From NCBI GenBank assembly GCA_030390025.1, contig JASTWF010000346.1, positions 124,001-188,000 of the forward strand: a stretch of 64,000 nt of DNA, read 5' to 3'. The position numbers and the translations under genes are program-made. This document shows positions 49,808 through 61,680 of this stretch, piece after piece; within the stretch, counting starts at the first letter, position 1, and the number at the start of each line of letters is the position of its first letter. This DNA comes from Squalus acanthias. Taxonomy: Eukaryota. The notes under the pieces are model-generated. The model saw nothing but the letters and a program-made list of their open reading frames with translations, had not been told where the DNA came from and made no database searches.

Positions 49808-51336
49808 CTCACCCCCACATCATACTGGCACTCTGCTCCCTCTCACTCCACATCATCCTGGTACTCTGCTCTCTCTCACCCCACATCATCCTGACACTCT
49901 GCTCCCTCTCACCCCACATCATCCTCGCACTCTGCTCCCTCTCACCCCACATCATCCTGACACTCTGCTCCCTCTCACACCCACATCATCCTGACACTCT
50001 GCTCCCTCTCACCCCACATCATTCTGACACTCTGCTTCCTCTCACCCCACATCATCCTGACACTCTGCTCCCTCTCACCCCACATCATCCTGACACTCTG
50101 CTCCCTCTCACCCCACATCATCCTGACACTCTGCTCCCTCTCACCCCACATCATCCTGGCACTCTGCTCCCTCTCACCCCACATCATCCTGACACTCTGC
50201 TCCCTCTCACCCCACATCATCCTGGCACTCTGCTCCCTCTCACCACCACATCATCCTGGCACTCTGCTCCCTCTCACCACCACATCATCCTGACACTCTG
50301 CTCCCTCTCACCCCACATCATCCTGACACTCTGCTCCCTCTCACCCCACATCATCCTGACACTCTGCTCCCTCTCACCCCACATCATCCTGACACTCTGC
50401 TCCCTCTCACCCCCACATCATCCTGGCACTCAGCTCCCTCTCACTCCACATCATCCAGGCACTCTGCTCCCTCTCACCCCACATCCTGACACTCTGCTCC
50501 CTCTCACCCCACATCATCCTGACACTCTGCTCCCTCTCACCCCACATCATCCTGGCACTCTGCTCCCTCTCACCCCCACATCATCCTGACACTCTGCTCC
50601 CTGTCACCCCCACATCATCCTGACACTCTGCTCCCTCTCACCCCAAAATCATCCTGGCACTCAGCTCCCTCTCACTCCACATCATCCTGGCACTCTGCTC
50701 CCTGTCACCCCACATCATCCTGGCACTCTGCTCCCTCTCACCCCACATCATCCTGACACTCTGCTCCCTCTCACCCCAAAATCATCCTGGCACTCAGCTC
50801 CCTCTCACTCCACATCATCCTGGCACTCTGCTCCCTGTCACCCCCACATCATCCTGGCACTCTGCTCCCTCTCACCCCACATCATCCTGACACTCTGCTC
50901 CCTCTCACCCCACATCATCCTGACACTCTGCTCCCTCTCACCCCACATCATCCTGACACTCTGCTCCCTCTCACCCCACATCATCCTGACACTCTGCTCC
51001 CTCTCACCCCACATCATCCTGGCACTCTGCTCCCTCTCACCCCAAAATCATCCTGGCACTCAGCTCCCTCTCACTCCACATCATCCTGGCACTCTGCTCC
51101 CTGTCACCCCCACATCATCCTGACACTCTGCTCCCTCTCACCCCACATCATCCTGACACTCTGCTCCCTCTCACCCCACATCATCCTGACACTCTGCTCC
51201 CTCTCACCCACATCACCCTGACACTCTGCTCCCTCTCACCCCACATCATCCTGACACTCTGCTCCCTCTCACCCACATCATCCTGACACTCTGCTCCCTC
51301 TCACCCCACATCATCCTGGCACTCTGCTCCCTCTCA
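49808..51336. repeat. Minisatellite, 33-bp unit, ~46 copies
   Basis: Unit CCACATCATCCTGACACTCTGCTCCCTCTCACC, with G/A and 1-bp length variants. Confidence 0.97.
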
Positions 51337-51639
51337 GAACTCTCAATTCATCCTGGCATGTTTCTTCCACACCCTCTTCAGCCTGGCATTCTTCTCCATC
51401 AAAGCTCGGACTGATCTTCTAGGACACGGATACTGTTTGATATTTTAGTCACATTCTACTGGGAAATGTGTGCAGCCGACAGCAACCCCATCCCAGCCCT
51501 TTCTCATCACTGCCCCACTCCTTTGTATTAAAAAGCAGGTGTAAGTTGTGCTCTGAAAATGAGGACATTCCTCAGGTATTCAGCACCACGCACCATTGGT
51601 GATGAGAAATACACAAACTATCTCTCTTCAAACAGATGG

Positions 51640-52880
51640 AGAGTTTGGAAATCTTGGCCTTGGTTTTTTTGAGCACAATTCGCCCGAAGTCGGTGTAACC
51701 AGTGCCAAAGATCACGGGATTTTTAATACAAATTACATTCAGCGTGAATCGAATTTCCGTGACCTTTTGCGCTGGTCAGAAAACATTGCGCTGGAATCCG
51801 GCCCCGCCCACACAACGGGCCCCGCCCCCGGGTGAATTGATCACCATGGCGAGTTTCCGCTAATTGCGCTCGTTTGTGGGCCTTCGAGGGCACTCCAAAA
51901 ATTCAGCGGCTTCTTTTGGGCACCAGGTCACTAATAGACACGTTTTAAAATCCTGTTGAATTTTTTTATAAATTTACTAAGACACTGACGGCTGTACCCC
52001 AATATCACTGGCAAATGGTTCTGTATATTTTTCATGTAAAATTCAGTAATTTAAAATCGGGTTACTCACAGCTGGTGGATTGACACTGTGATTTAAAATG
52101 CTTTTTTGGTGATAAACACATTTTGAGCTGTGTTAATAAAACTTCACCAAGTTGTCACTCCTAAGTATATCAAGGAATATTTTTTAAAGCAAAAGCTTTA
52201 AAATTACTTTCTCAAACGCTGTCCGATCGCGGTGCTTCACGGCAGATTTTGCTTTCGGGCGATATGTAAATAAGTTTGAGCGGAAACTCGAGAAAAAAAC
52301 ACTTTTCAAAACGGGCCGAATTATGGGCGCAATACACGGAAACTCTTGGCGCTTCGGTTCAAAAGGCTGAATGTTCACTTTTACTGCCGTGCGGGGTGTA
52401 AAACGGGCGGCCGATCCGCTAACGCCTGTTTTGCGCCCGGTGGTAAAAGTGAAAATTCACCCCAGAGTGTTTGACGTTCCCTTGCAGTTGATTGTAGTGC
52501 CACTTTCAGCCAGGAGATGGTGATGGCGAGCTGTACACAGAGCTGTAAAGTTTCACAGTGCAGTATCACCACCTGCTGGTGGAAACCGGCACTGCGGGAA
52601 TATCAGAAACCGCAAATGCTGAAACACTGGGCTGATCAGACAATTCAGGCAGGACCTTCCTTCAGAACTGAAAGATAATTGGAGCAGAAAAAAAAGGGAA
52701 AATAAACACAGGCCTGGACATCCCACCTCTGTGCTCCTGGCACACACCGAGTCCCTGTCGGGAAATTCCGCACTCCTGGTCTGCCCAATGTTCAAAAAAG
52801 CACAGGTTGGGAGTGTGGAATTTCCCAATATGGGCTCTTGGTGTGTGTCAGGAGAGCGGAATCCAAAAATCTGGGCCTGT
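51640..52880. mobile_element. Cluster of Harbinger-type MITE fragments
   Basis: CpG-rich arms, an AT-rich core and TIR-like ends (gaaaattcacccc ~52451-52463; aaaaatctgggcc ~52865-52877). Boundaries uncertain. Confidence 0.4.
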
Positions 52881-53159
52881 ATTCCGAGTACAGAGAGGAG
52901 ATTAATCGGTTAAATCAGTTTAAAAATCACTGAAGTGGGTGCTGAAGACATGAAATTTATTTCCAGGGGGTGTGTGGGAGATACTTTCCAGAGCGGCCCA
53001 CTCTATTTTATGTTTTGGAGCCTGTGATAATTCTGCCTTTCAAACCAAAAATAATTTCTCCTGGAAAGGTTACAGATATTTTAAATATTAAAATAAAAGC
53101 GGTGTAGGGGCTTCAATACAACTTCAATACGTGGAGAGACTGGTGAAGCTGGGGTTGTT

Positions 53160-53735
53160 AACTAGTTTATAAAACACGAGTTCGGCCCCAGCTGGATTAT
53201 TGTGTCTAATTCTGGGCACCGCACTTTCGGAAGGACATGAAGGCTTTGGAGAGGGTGCAGAAGAGATTTACTAGAATGGTTCCCGGGATGAGGGATTACA
53301 GTGAGGTGGATAGACTGGAGAAGCTGGGGTTGTTCTCCTTGGAGCAGAGAAGGCTAAGAGGAGATTTGATAGAGCTGTTTAAAATCATGAAGGGTTTAGA
53401 TCGAGTAAATAAAGAGAAACTGTTTCCAAGGGCTGAAGGGTCGATAACCAGAGGACACAGATTTAAGGTGATTGGCAAAAGAACCAGAGGCGACATGAGG
53501 AAAACTTTTTTACACAACAAGTGGTTTTGGATTTGGAATACACTGCCTGATAGGGTGGTGGAAACAGATTCAATAGGAGCCTTCAAAGGGGAATTGGATA
53601 AATAATTGAAGGAGAACAATTTGCAGGGATATGGGGAAAGAGCGGGGCAGTGGGACTAACTGGATTGCTCTTCGAAAGAGCTGGCACAGACTCAATGGGC
53701 CGAACGGCCTCCTTCTGTGCTGTACTATTCTATGA
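53160..53735 (+). mobile_element. CR1 LINE 3' fragment
   Basis: MKALERVQKRFTRMVPGMRD...; tail tattctatgaatct. Confidence 0.88.
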
Positions 53736-54026
53736 ATCTGTGATTCTAGCTGAGTGTGCACTTGGTACCTTGGTTACCGAACACAACTGTGATGGAGCCT
53801 GTAGGCTCCAGAGATCTATCAACATCTCCATCCTGTCAGGAGGGATGTAATTACTCAAAATGCTGCTCGCAGGGGCTGAGGGGAATCTTGTATTGTGGAG
53901 GATATTCCCCGGCAATTCTAGAAAGGAACTTATCCTACATCACTCAACCCATACGTACTAATACTTGAACATTCAGTAAGAAGTCTCCAAAGGTTACTTA
54001 CAACCTGATTTTTATTAATAATAATC

Positions 54027-55045
54027 AGGACATTGCTGCAGGAGTTCCTCAGGGCAGTGTCCTAGGCCCAACCATCTTCAGCTGCTGCATCAATGACCTT
54101 CCCTCCATCATAAGGTCAGGAATGGGGATGTTCGCTGATGACTGCACAGTGTTCAGTGCCATTCACAACTCCTCAGATAATGAAGCAGTCCATGCCCGCA
54201 TGCAGCAAGACCTGGACAATGTTCAGGCTTGGGCTGATAAGTGGCAGGTAACATTCGCGCCACAGAAGTGCCAGGCAATGACTATCTCCAACAAGCGAGA
54301 GTTTAACCACCGCCCCATGACATTCAATGGCATTGCCATTGCCGAATCCTCCACCAGCAACATCCTGGGGGGGTCACTCACCATTGACCAGAAACTTAAC
54401 TGGACCAGCCACATAAATACTGTGGCTACAAGAGCAGGTCAGAGGCTGGGTATTCTGTGGTGAGTGTCTCACCTCCTGACTCCCCAAAGCCTTTCTACCA
54501 TCTACAAGGCTCAAGTAAGGAGTGTGATGGAATACTCTCCACTTGCCTGGATGAGTGCAGCTCCAACAACACTCAAGAAGCTCGACACCATCCAGGACAA
54601 AGTAGCTTCCTTGATTGGCACCCCATCTACCACCTTAAGCATTCACTCCCTCCACCACTGGTGCACCATGGCTGCAGTGTGTACCATCTACAAGATGCAC
54701 TGCAGCAACTCGCCAAGGCTTCTTCAGCAGCATCTCCCAAACCCGCGACCTCTACCACCTGGAAGGACAAGGGCAGCAGGCGCATGGGAACACCACCACC
54801 TCCAAGTTCCCCTCCAAGTCACACACCATCCTGACTTAGAAGTATATCGCCGATCCTTCATCGTCGCTGGGTCAAAATCCTGGAACTCCCTCCCTAACAG
54901 CACTGTGGGAGTACCATCAACATATGGACTGCAACGGTTCAAGAAGGCGGCTCACTTCTCAAGGGCAATTAGGGATGGGCAATAAATACTGGCCTTGCCA
55001 ACGACGGCCACATCCCATAAACAAATTTTAAAAAAATTAAAAAAG
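54027..55045 (+). mobile_element. LINE family B 3' fragment
   Basis: Same RT C-terminus and tail as 1-1004; A-rich end. Confidence 0.9.
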
Positions 55046-55134
55046 AAAACCTTCTGATAAGATCATCTCTCCACTTCCAGAACATAGTAACAGTCCACCT
55101 CTGGATCTCATTGCCTGCTTCAGTCTGACATAAA

Positions 55135-56832
55135 TGTAGAATTCGCAATATATCGCGATTTTATTAATAAGGAGAAAAACACAGAGTTTCGTTCAAACAG
55201 CTTTTATTTCAGCAGAATGCTGTCAGGTTTTCAAAGTGGACACAAGCAGCTTGTAAAATGGCCACCGCACCTCGTGACAGAACATTCTAGACTTTTCGAC
55301 AGGCAGACAAGATGGCATTCCAATAAACATTTGTGCAAGATCGATTAAGACTCAGCACATTTAAGATAATACACGAGACATCATGGGTTTACAGTATACA
55401 CATAAATACTGAAATCGGTCTCCCAGGTGCGAATAAGAGCTATTGTACCAAGTAATCAAGAACCCATCCAAAGACATTAATATGTAAAATCCCAACGACT
55501 CTACGATGAGAGAGCCGTTAGCGGGTAGTTACAGAAAACACTTGGAAGCCCCAAAACCCCTCCAGGGAGAACACCGACCGATTAAACAATGGGAGAAATA
55601 TTAACAGGTACTCAGACAGTTACGAGTAGCCCCGAAACCCATTAAAACGAAGATCACCCTATACAAGACATTTGAGCGCCAAACCCTAACAAAAGAAAAG
55701 ACATTAAGGTTGGGCGGGAAACGGAAGATTTTGCACTATAATTGCAAGCTCCAAACTGTCCATCTCTCTCTTATTCTTGGCTCTTGACTCTTGACTCTTA
55801 TCCTCGTGGCTGCCCTTGACTCGCCGTTTTGTTCCTGCTTGCCTCGTGTCTCTTTTCAAAAGACTGTTGAACTTTATGATCCGCTTGGATCTACCCCGTG
55901 TCGTGTCGCGAAGACCTGTGTAGAACTGGGCTCTGAAGCCTTGAAGCGGGCGCACCATCCCGATAAGTCGGTAAACGGTGTTGGAACCGAAGGCCCGAGA
56001 TGAGATGAGATGAGATGAGATGAAAAGAGAAGAAGACCATACTTATCGCCACGGTCAGTAAGCTCCGACCGCGCCTGTAGGTCGAATAGACATTTTCCTT
56101 GCCAGGAAGACTTCTTCGAGTTTTACAGAACTGCCAGGAAGATTATTCTTCGAATTCTATCGCATCCGTGCGAGGGCACAGGAAGACTCTTTTTTGAGTA
56201 GTGTCGGAACTCCGAGGACAACACAGATCTTCATGACAGCAGACGTTCCAGCCTGCTAGCCGGAGCAGAAACGAGTAAACAAGTGGGGCCCGGAGACCCC
56301 CTGATCGACACGTGGGTGCTGCGGCGAAAAACATCCGATCAGAGTTTTCGGAATTCTCCGAGTTATCACGAGTGGTGAGCATGAGTCTCGATCCTACGAA
56401 TCTAGCTTAGGACAGATATTGATAGGGGAGGGTTTTAAGTATTAAGGATAATTGTAATGTGTGCCCCCATTTACGATGTGTCGTTCGTTCCTCGTTTCCC
56501 TGAAATTAATTACATAACTGCGTGTAAGATTGTACTGTCATTAATCTGTGCTTATGACATGTATTTCGTAATCTTAAATATTATGCAATAAAGATTTTCC
56601 ATTTCGTACCATTCAACCGAGTCTACCTGAGTTTCATCTCCATTACTGCTCTCGCATCTAAGTCCATCGTCTAGAACCGTAAGGGCGAGTGGGTCGAACC
56701 ACTCACAGGTGTGTCTAGTGCTCCCAGACTGGCTGGAGACCAGAACAGGCAACAAGGCCTAAACCCGCACTAGCACCCGGGCTGCACAGAGCCACACGAA
56801 TCTCACAGGCTGAGAGACAAAAAACCCTCACA
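55135..56832 (+). mobile_element. Solo LTR, ~1.7-kb family, copy A
   Basis: TGTAGAATT...CACA; TSD TAAA (55131-55134 and 56833-56836); aligns end to end with copies B and C; internal (GAGAT)n; AATAAA at 56587-56592. Confidence 0.92.
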
Positions 56833-57029
56833 TAAATCAACATCTGGAGGCAACATTCAGCATTCCTGCAACATACAGTCACACAAAATGGCACGACTGC
56901 ATTCTGTCTCCCCCCAGACCTTTACACAGCACACTCCCAACAACTAGAGACTGGTAGGGCCACAGTGCAGACAGAGAGCTGATCTTCCCCCTTCACTGGA
57001 GGCAGAAAGAATCTGTCAAACACCAAACA

Positions 57030-57668
57030 TAGTATTACATAGAATCTACAGCACAGAAGCTGGCCATTCGGCCCAACTGGTCCGTGCCGGTGTTTAGGCT
57101 GCACACGAGGCTCCTCCCACCCTGCTTCATCTCAGCCTATCAGCATATCCTTCGATTCCTTTCCCCCTCATGTACTCATCTAGCTTCCCCTTAAATGTAT
57201 CGATGTTATTCGCCTCAACCACTCCCTGTGGTAGCGAGTTCCACATTCTCACCACACTCTGGGTAGAGAAGTTTCTCCTGAATTCCCTATTGGATTTACT
57301 AGTGACTCTCTTATATTTATTGCCCCTAGTTTTGGATTCTCCCACAAGTGGAAACATCTTCTCTACATCGACCCTATCAAACCCTCCGTAATTTTAAAGA
57401 CCTCTCTCAGGTCACCTTTCAGCCTCCTCTTTTGTAGAGAAAAGAGCCCCAGCCCGTTCAATCTTTCCTGATAGTTATAACCTCTCAGTTCTGGTATCAT
57501 CCTTATAAATCTTTTTGGCACCCTCTCCAGTGCCTCGATATCTTTTTTTGTAATCTGGAGACCAGAACTGTGCACAGCACGTTCAGTGTGGTCTAACCAA
57601 GGTTTGATACAAGTTTAACATGACTTCCCTGCTTGCCAATTCTATTCCTCTCGAAATGAACACCCAGT
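57030..57668 (-). mobile_element. CR1 LINE 3' fragment
   Basis: KKDIEALERVPKRFIRMIPELRG and FRRNFSTQSVVRMWNSLP; tail at ~57030. Confidence 0.85.
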
Positions 57669-57794
57669 GCTTACAGCCCAGACCTTGCACAGAAAATACT
57701 TCAGCCCTGGGGCTCAAGCCAAGCTGAGCCAACATGAGACATCTTCCATTCGTTCAAACAAGCTATACAGCCATGTTCGTCCCCATAACAATAA

Positions 57795-58158
57795 ATATAT
57801 AGAGTGTAGTGTTACAGCCCCATCTCCTGCTGACACTGGGAGATACCAGGTACAGATATAGAGTGTAGTGTTACAGCCCTATCTCCTGCTGACACTGGGA
57901 TATACCAGGTACATATATGGAGTGTAGTGTTACTGCCCCATCTCCTGCTGACACTGGGATATACCAGGTACATATATCGAGTGTAGTGTTACAGCCCCAT
58001 CTCCTGCTGACACTCGGATATACCAGGTACATATATAGAGTGTAGTGTTACAGCCCCATCTCCTGCTGACACTTGGATATACCAGGTACATATATAGAGT
58101 GCAGTGTTACAGCCCCATCTCCTGCTGACACTCGGATATACCAGGTACATATATAGAG
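57795..58158. repeat. Minisatellite, 59-bp unit, ~6 copies, cut off by a Gypsy LTR
   Basis: Unit ATATATAGAGTGTAGTGTTACAGCCCCATCTCCTGCTGACACTGGGATATACCAGGTAC. Confidence 0.95.
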
Positions 58159-58399
58159 TGTTGTGGCGGATCGCCACCTAAACGGGCATAATCCACTCTT
58201 CCGTCCGTGGACAAATATCCAACACCTTCCCTTTAAGGTACCTTACCTTTAAGGCAGGAGTGGGCGGGGCCTCAGGGTTTGCCCAGAGAATTCTGGGAGT
58301 TTTTCTGTTCAGCCATTTTGTGCCATGCAGTGATTAAAAAGTCTCTTGTTTAACACACATGGATTCAGCCTTAATTCGTGTTTCGCGGCAGCCTCAACA
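58159..58399 (+). mobile_element. 5' LTR (241 bp) of a Gypsy retrotransposon, CsRn1/Kabuki-like
   Basis: Imperfect inverted ends TGTTGTGGCGG...CAGCCTCAACA; GC box and ATTAAA (58333-58338); followed immediately by a PBS and gag. Confidence 0.85.
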
Positions 58400-58400
58400 T

Positions 58401-58414
58401 TGGTGACCCCGACG
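58401..58414 (+). promoter_or_regulatory. Primer-binding site, tRNA-Trp
   Basis: TGGTGACCCCGACG equals the first 14 nt of the tRNA-Trp PBS (TGGTGACCCCGACGTGAT, recalled from ASLV); it starts 1 nt after the LTR-terminal CA. Confidence 0.88.
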
Positions 58415-58439
58415 CTCAGAACGTATTCCGAGCACTGCA

Positions 58440-59735
58440 ATGGCGGACACGAACGCAGTTTCCGTGAAACTGCCGGAGTTTTGGGAAAACCAGCCCGAAG
58501 CCTGGTTTCTCCAAGCTGAATCGCGCTTCTGGCTGCAACGCATCACCACAGATGGGACGAAGTACGACTATCTCGTCACATCACTCGGTAGCGCCACAGT
58601 TTCGAAGGTTTGGACAACGCTGCAGAACCCACCAGAGGAAGGCAAGTACGCACATCTCAAGACAGCGCTCCTTAAAAAATTTACGGCCTCGGCATATCAG
58701 CGAAACTGCCACCTCCTCGACCTTCCAGGCCTCGGTGATGCTTCACCGTCAGACCTCCTCTCCCACATGCTTTCCCTCATCTTGAAGGAAGTGGCGGTAG
58801 GGATTGTAGATGCATTGGTAATAATTTTTCAAAACTCCCTGGATTCCGCTAAGGTCCCGGCAGACTGGAAAACTGCTAATGTAACACCCTTATTTAAAAA
58901 GGGCAGTAGACAGAAGGCTGGTAACTATAGACCGGTTAGCCTAACATCTGTGGTAGGTAAAATTTTGGAGTCCATTATTAAGGAAACAGTAACAGTACAT
59001 TTGGATAATCATAATTTAATAGGACAAAGTCAGCATGGTTTTACAAAGGGGAAGTCATGTTTGACAAATTTGCTGGAGTTCTTTGAGGAAGTAACATATA
59101 GAGTGGATAAAGGGGAACCAGTGGACGTAGTGTATTTAGACTTCCAAAAGGCATTTGACAAGGTGCCACACAAAAGATTATTGCTTAAGGTAAAAAATCA
59201 CGGGATTGGGGGTAATATTCTGGCATGGATAGAGGATTGGCTATCTAACAGAAAGCAAAGAGTTGGGATAAATGGTTCATTCTCAGACTGGCAATCAGTA
59301 ACTAGTGGTGTTCCACAGTGGTCAGTGCTGGGTCCCCAACTCTTTACAATCTATATTAACGATTTGGAGGAAGGGACCAAGTGTAACATATCAAAATTTG
59401 CAGATGATACAAAGATGGGAGGGAAAGTAGTGAGTGAGGAGGACATAAAAAACCTGCAAGGGGACATAGAGAGGCTAAGTAAGTGGGCAGAGATTTGGCA
59501 GATGGAATACAACACTGGAAAGTGTGAGGTGATGCACTTTGGCAGGAAAAATCCTAGAGCAATTTATTATCTTAATGGCAAGAAACTGGAGAGTACTGAA
59601 GTGCAAAGGGATCTGGGGGTCCTGGTGCACGAAACTCAAAAGGTTAGTATGCAGGTGCAGCAAGTGATTAAGAAGGCAAATGGAATGTTGGCTTTCATTG
59701 CTAGGTGGATAGAATATAAAAATAGGGAGGTGTAG
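58440..59735 (+). CDS. Chimeric ORF: Gypsy Gag N-terminus (aa 1-113) fused in frame to CR1 RT (aa 114-431)
   Basis: VKLPEFWENQPEAWFLQAESRF...KYDYLV...LGDASPSDLLSHMLSL, then ILKEVAVGIVDALV...KFADDTK...EYKNREV; junction at ~58778/58779; the stop is supplied by LTR copy B. The open frame is seen directly; expression is unknown. Confidence 0.7.
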   Translation: MADTNAVSVKLPEFWENQPEAWFLQAESRFWLQRITTDGTKYDYLVTSLGSATVSKVWTTLQNPPEEGKYAHLKTALLKKFTASAYQRNCHLLDLPGLGDASPSDLLSHMLSLILKEVAVGIVDALVIIFQNSLDSAKVPADWKTANVTPLFKKGSRQKAGNYRPVSLTSVVGKILESIIKETVTVHLDNHNLIGQSQHGFTKGKSCLTNLLEFFEEVTYRVDKGEPVDVVYLDFQKAFDKVPHKRLLLKVKNHGIGGNILAWIEDWLSNRKQRVGINGSFSDWQSVTSGVPQWSVLGPQLFTIYINDLEEGTKCNISKFADDTKMGGKVVSEEDIKNLQGDIERLSKWAEIWQMEYNTGKCEVMHFGRKNPRAIYYLNGKKLESTEVQRDLGVLVHETQKVSMQVQQVIKKANGMLAFIARWIEYKNREV

Positions 59736-61680
59736 AATTTGCAATATAATCGCGATTTTATAAATAAGGTGAAAACACATAGTTTTGTTCAAACAGCTTT
59801 ATTTCAGCAGAATGCTGTCAGGTTTTCAAAGTGGACACAAGCAGCCTGTAAAATGGCCGCCACGCCTCGTGGCAGAACATTCTAGACTTTTCGATAAGCA
59901 GACAAGATGGCGTTCCAATAAACATTTGTGTGAGATCGATCAAGACTCAGCACATTTGAGATAATACACGAGACATTATGGGTTTGCAGTATACACATAA
60001 ATACTGGAATCGGTCTCCCAGGTGCGAATAAGGGCTATTGTACCAAGCAATCAAGAACCCATCCAAAGACATTAATATGCAAAATCCCCACGACTCTACG
60101 ATGAGAGAGCCGTTTGCGGGTAGTTACAGAAACATTTGGAAGCCCCAAAACCCCTCCAGGGAGAATACTAGCCGGTTACACAATGGGAAAAGTATTAACA
60201 GGTACTCAGACAGTTACGAGTATCCCAGAATCCCATTAAAACGGAGATCACCCTATACAAGAAGTTTGAGCGCCAAAACTCTGACAAAAGAAAAGACATT
60301 AAGATTGGGCGGGAAAAGAGGAATTTCAGCACTATAACTGTAAGCTCCAACCGTCCATCTTTCTCTTATTCTCCTGCCTCTTGCCGCTTGCATCGTGTCT
60401 CTGCCTCTTGCAGCTTTTAAAGACTATCGAACTTTCTGATCCGCCGAGATCAGCCTCGTGGCTTGCCGCGAAGATCTGTGTGGAACCGGGCTGTGAAGCC
60501 TTGGAATGGGCACACCATCCCGAGAAGTCGGTAAACGGTGTTGGAACCGAAGGCCCGAGATGAGATGAGATGAGATGAGATGAGAAGAGAAGAAGACGAC
60601 CATACGTATCGCCACGGTCAGTAAGCCCCGACCGCGCATGTAGGTCGAATAGACACTTTCCTTGCCCAGGAAGACTATCTTTTGAGTTTTACAGAACTGG
60701 CATCGGAAGACCATTCTTCGAGTTTTATCGCATCGGGGCGAGGGCACAGGAAGACTATTCTTTGAGTCGTATCAGAACTCCGAGGACAACACAGATCTTC
60801 ATGACAGCAGACGGTCCAGCCTGCTAGCCGGAGCAGAAACGAGTAAACAAGTGGGGTACAGAGACCCCTGATCAACACATGGGTGATCAGGTGCTGCGGT
60901 AAAAACATCCGAGCAGAGTTTTCGGAATTCTCCGAGTTATCACGAGTGGTGAGCATGAGTCTCGATCCTACAAGTCTAGTTTAGAGCTGGTATTGATAGG
61001 GGAGGGTTTAAGTTTTAAGGATAATTGTAATGTGTGCCCCTATTTACGATGTGTCGTTCGTTCCTCGTTTCCCTAAAATTAGTTACATAACTGCATGTAA
61101 GATTGTACTGTCATTAATCTGTGCTTATGACATGTATTTCGTAATCTTGAATAATATGCAATAAAGATTTTCCATTTCACACTATTCAACTGGGTCTACC
61201 TGAGTTTTCTCTCCATTATTGCTCTCGCATCTAAGTCCAGTGTCAGAACCGTAAGGGCGAGTGGGTCGAACCACTCACAGGTGTCTAGTGCTCCCAGACT
61301 GGCTGGAGACCAGAACAGGCAACAAGGCCTAATCTCACACTAGCACCCAGGCTGAGCACAGAGCCACACGGGTCAAAACCCTTACAGAGGTATTGCTTCA
61401 GTTGTACAAGGTATTGGTGAGACTGCACCTGGAATACTGCATACAGTTTTGGTGTCCTTACTTAAGGAAAGACATCCTTGCTCTCGAGGCAGTGCAAAAA
61501 AGGTTCACTCGGTTAATCCCGGGGATGAGGGGGTGGTCATATGAGGAGAGGTTGGGTAGATTGGGACTCTACTCATTGGAGTTCAGAAGAATGAGAGGCG
61601 ATCTTATTGAAACATATAAGATTGTGAAGGGGTTGGATCGGGTGGATGCGGGGAGGATGTTCCCGATGACGGGTGAGACT
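58779..61680 (+). mobile_element. 5'-truncated CR1 LINE inserted in Gypsy gag, itself interrupted by LTR copies B and C
   Basis: Removing LTR B and one GAGG restores KNREVLLQLYKVLVRLHLEYC; the frame stays open to MFPMTGET at 61680, where LTR C begins. Confidence 0.92.
59731..61386 (+). mobile_element. Solo LTR, ~1.7-kb family, copy B
   Basis: TGTAGAATT...CTTACA; TSD GAGG (59727-59730 and 61387-61390). Confidence 0.93.

Noticed and set aside
48006..50589. ORFs with HTDTVPHPTPHPF or HHPDTLLPLTP repeats
   Set aside because: They are by-products of 39-bp and 33-bp minisatellites; frames shift with 1-bp unit variants and there is no splice or domain support.
1..55045. ~54-kb segmental duplication suggested by similar LINE-B fragments at 1 and 54027
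   Set aside because: The sequences after the two tails are unrelated, and the matching start is just the window edge.
145..57575. Many 60-200-aa ORFs antisense to or overlapping LINE ORF2
   Set aside because: They recur in every LINE copy as shadow frames and have no independent gene features.
48165..58158. Tandem arrays as CRISPR-like or RAG recombination signal arrays
   Set aside because: Units are head-to-tail with no unique spacers; CACAGAC is not followed by a nonamer at 12 or 23 bp; the context is vertebrate.
60038..60337. 99-aa ORF inside LTR B as an accessory gene
   Set aside because: The equivalent frames in copies A and C stop after about 14 and 12 codons.
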